Shown: positions 62,916 through 64,000 of the stretch, in pieces
Layout of the letters: the number at the start of each line of letters is the position of its first letter
How positions within the stretch are numbered: position 1 is the first letter of the stretch
DNA from: Bacteroidales bacterium
GTDB taxonomy: Bacteria; Bacteroidota; Bacteroidia; Bacteroidales; UBA3824
Direction: 5' to 3'
DNA: 64,000 nt
Assembly (NCBI GenBank): GCA_017412115.1
Contig: JAFPYR010000021.1
Location: 68,644-132,643 of the forward strand
Notes under the pieces: model-generated
Seen by the model: the letters and a program-made list of their open reading frames with translations, nothing else
The model's database searches: none
What the model was told of the DNA's origin: nothing
Translations under genes and position numbers: made by a program

Positions 62916-64000
62916 TTAGAGAACAATTCCAAGTACGTGTACGTCGTCAGTTTGTTCGTATTCGCCTTTCCATTTTAAGTAGGTCTTTTCTAACTCTTCA
63001 CGCTGTTCTTCCATCGGAAGGCGGCAATATTTTAGTAGAACTTTTTCGAAATTTGCGACATAAAACCTTTTTTGCTTTTCACCGCCGAATTGGTCTGTGT
63101 AGCCGTCTGTGGTTGCGTATGCAATGTCGCCATGATTGACTTTGAATTTTATGCTCGTAAACGGTACGGTATCACGTCTGTTAATACCGATGGTCATGTG
63201 GTCTGCTTTTAGGCGTATCAGGTATACTTTTTCGTCCTCGCTTTTGAAAATCTTACAACCCGTTTTCTCGCATATAGCTTTGGTTTCTTCGTCTGGCGTT
63301 CCAAATCTTAATAAGTATGCGTGTGAATATGCACCTGCGTAGTCAATGATGCAGTTTTCTCTGTCGTATACAAACATGCTTGCGTCCATGCTGTCGCTAA
63401 GAGCACCTTCTTTATCCCTTTGGTGCAATTGGTGAATGATGCCGGTGCGAAGCATATTGAGAATATTTGCAGCTGTAATGTCGTTTAGTTTGTCAAGTGT
63501 CTGTGCTAACATTACTTGCGCTAACATACTGATAAATGCACCCGGAACGCCGTGTCCTGTGCAGTCAGCAACCGTAAAGATAGAAAGTCCGTTTTTATAA
63601 GCGACCCAATGAAAATCGCCGCTGACGATATTGCGCGGTAGATTAATAACGAAATGGTTGCCTAAAATCTCGTCTGAAAATATTTTCATCGGCTGTACGG
63701 CATCTTGGATGCGGCGTGCATAAGAAATGGAAGAGTTGATTTCCTCGTTTTGAGCTTCTATTTTTTCGTATGCTTGATGTAACTCGGTAATGTCAGTGCT
63801 TACCCAAACTATCATTTTTATATCTCCGTGGTCGTCAAGCACCGGAGTAACGGAACTTTTTACCCAAAATGGAGGTCTTTCCAAATGTTTCATCTCAGCA
63901 GTGTAAATCTGTGACTTTTTAGTGGCAAGCACTTTTTCGTAGGCGGCTTTTGTCTCAGGTGTCATTGCTGATTTTTTGAGTGCGGGATGCGTGTGTATTT
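62916..64000 (-). CDS. PAS + SpoIIE/PP2C phosphatase protein (N-terminus beyond window edge)
   Basis: SGDFHWVAY...ADCTGHGVPGAFISMLA...TTDGYTDQ...DDVHVLGIVL. The frame stays open upstream of the listed ATG (63965) to position 64000. Confidence 0.8.
   Translation of the reverse strand, partial: IHTHPALKKSAMTPETKAAYEKVLATKKSQIYTAEMKHLERPPFWVKSSVTPVLDDHGDIKMIVWVSTDITELHQAYEKIEAQNEEINSSISYARRIQDAVQPMKIFSDEILGNHFVINLPRNIVSGDFHWVAYKNGLSIFTVADCTGHGVPGAFISMLAQVMLAQTLDKLNDITAANILNMLRTGIIHQLHQRDKEGALSDSMDASMFVYDRENCIIDYAGAYSHAYLLRFGTPDEETKAICEKTGCKIFKSEDEKVYLIRLKADHMTIGINRRDTVPFTSIKFKVNHGDIAYATTDGYTDQFGGEKQKRFYVANFEKVLLKYCRLPMEEQREELEKTYLKWKGEYEQTDDVHVLGIVL

Overview
AT-rich chromosomal window (mid-30s %GC by eye) that looks like Bacteroidota. 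Supporting markers are GldH, a T9SS type-B C-terminal sorting domain, DUF3098, a GT3-type glycogen synthase, and many TAnnTTTG -7 promoter boxes 20-45 nt upstream of start codons. Most of it is housekeeping: TonB-family protein, GH2 glycosidase, ABC-F ATPase, folK, metK, a PurF-like enzyme, tsaC, prfB with its +1 frameshift, an ECF-type sigma factor, trmB, ROK glucokinase, a 1417-aa glycogen synthase/phosphorylase fusion, greA, a HIT protein and uppP. There is also a near-complete heme pathway, hemN-hemY-hemE-hemA and hemC-hemD-hemB-hemL. Observations worth a second look: (1) The heme cluster is split by a ~3.6 kb accessory insert. It carries an Rpn/PD-(D/E)XK transposase-like gene, a remnant of a second such gene, an MBL hydrolase, and a surface lipoprotein. 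The last ~200 nt of the lipoprotein gene are strongly adenine-depleted and GC-rich, in the style of a diversity-generating retroelement variable region, but no template repeat or reverse transcriptase is visible in the window. (2) A ~200-nt multi-hairpin intergenic element occurs twice (2992-3193 and 35677-35880) with compensatory changes that preserve its stems. (3) An exact 43-bp x 7 tandem array of paired dyad symmetries sits upstream of an outer-membrane barrel gene. (4) An ACP/dehydratase/thioesterase/dehydratase/CrtI-like operon has no ketosynthase. (5) HemC lacks domain 3 and HemA lacks the dimerisation domain. (6) Smaller items: an orphan MCP, a PurF paralog without the Cys1 nucleophile, an acidic WM-repeat secreted protein, and candidate regulatory leaders for metK and greA. 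No rRNA, tRNA or CRISPR array was recognised.
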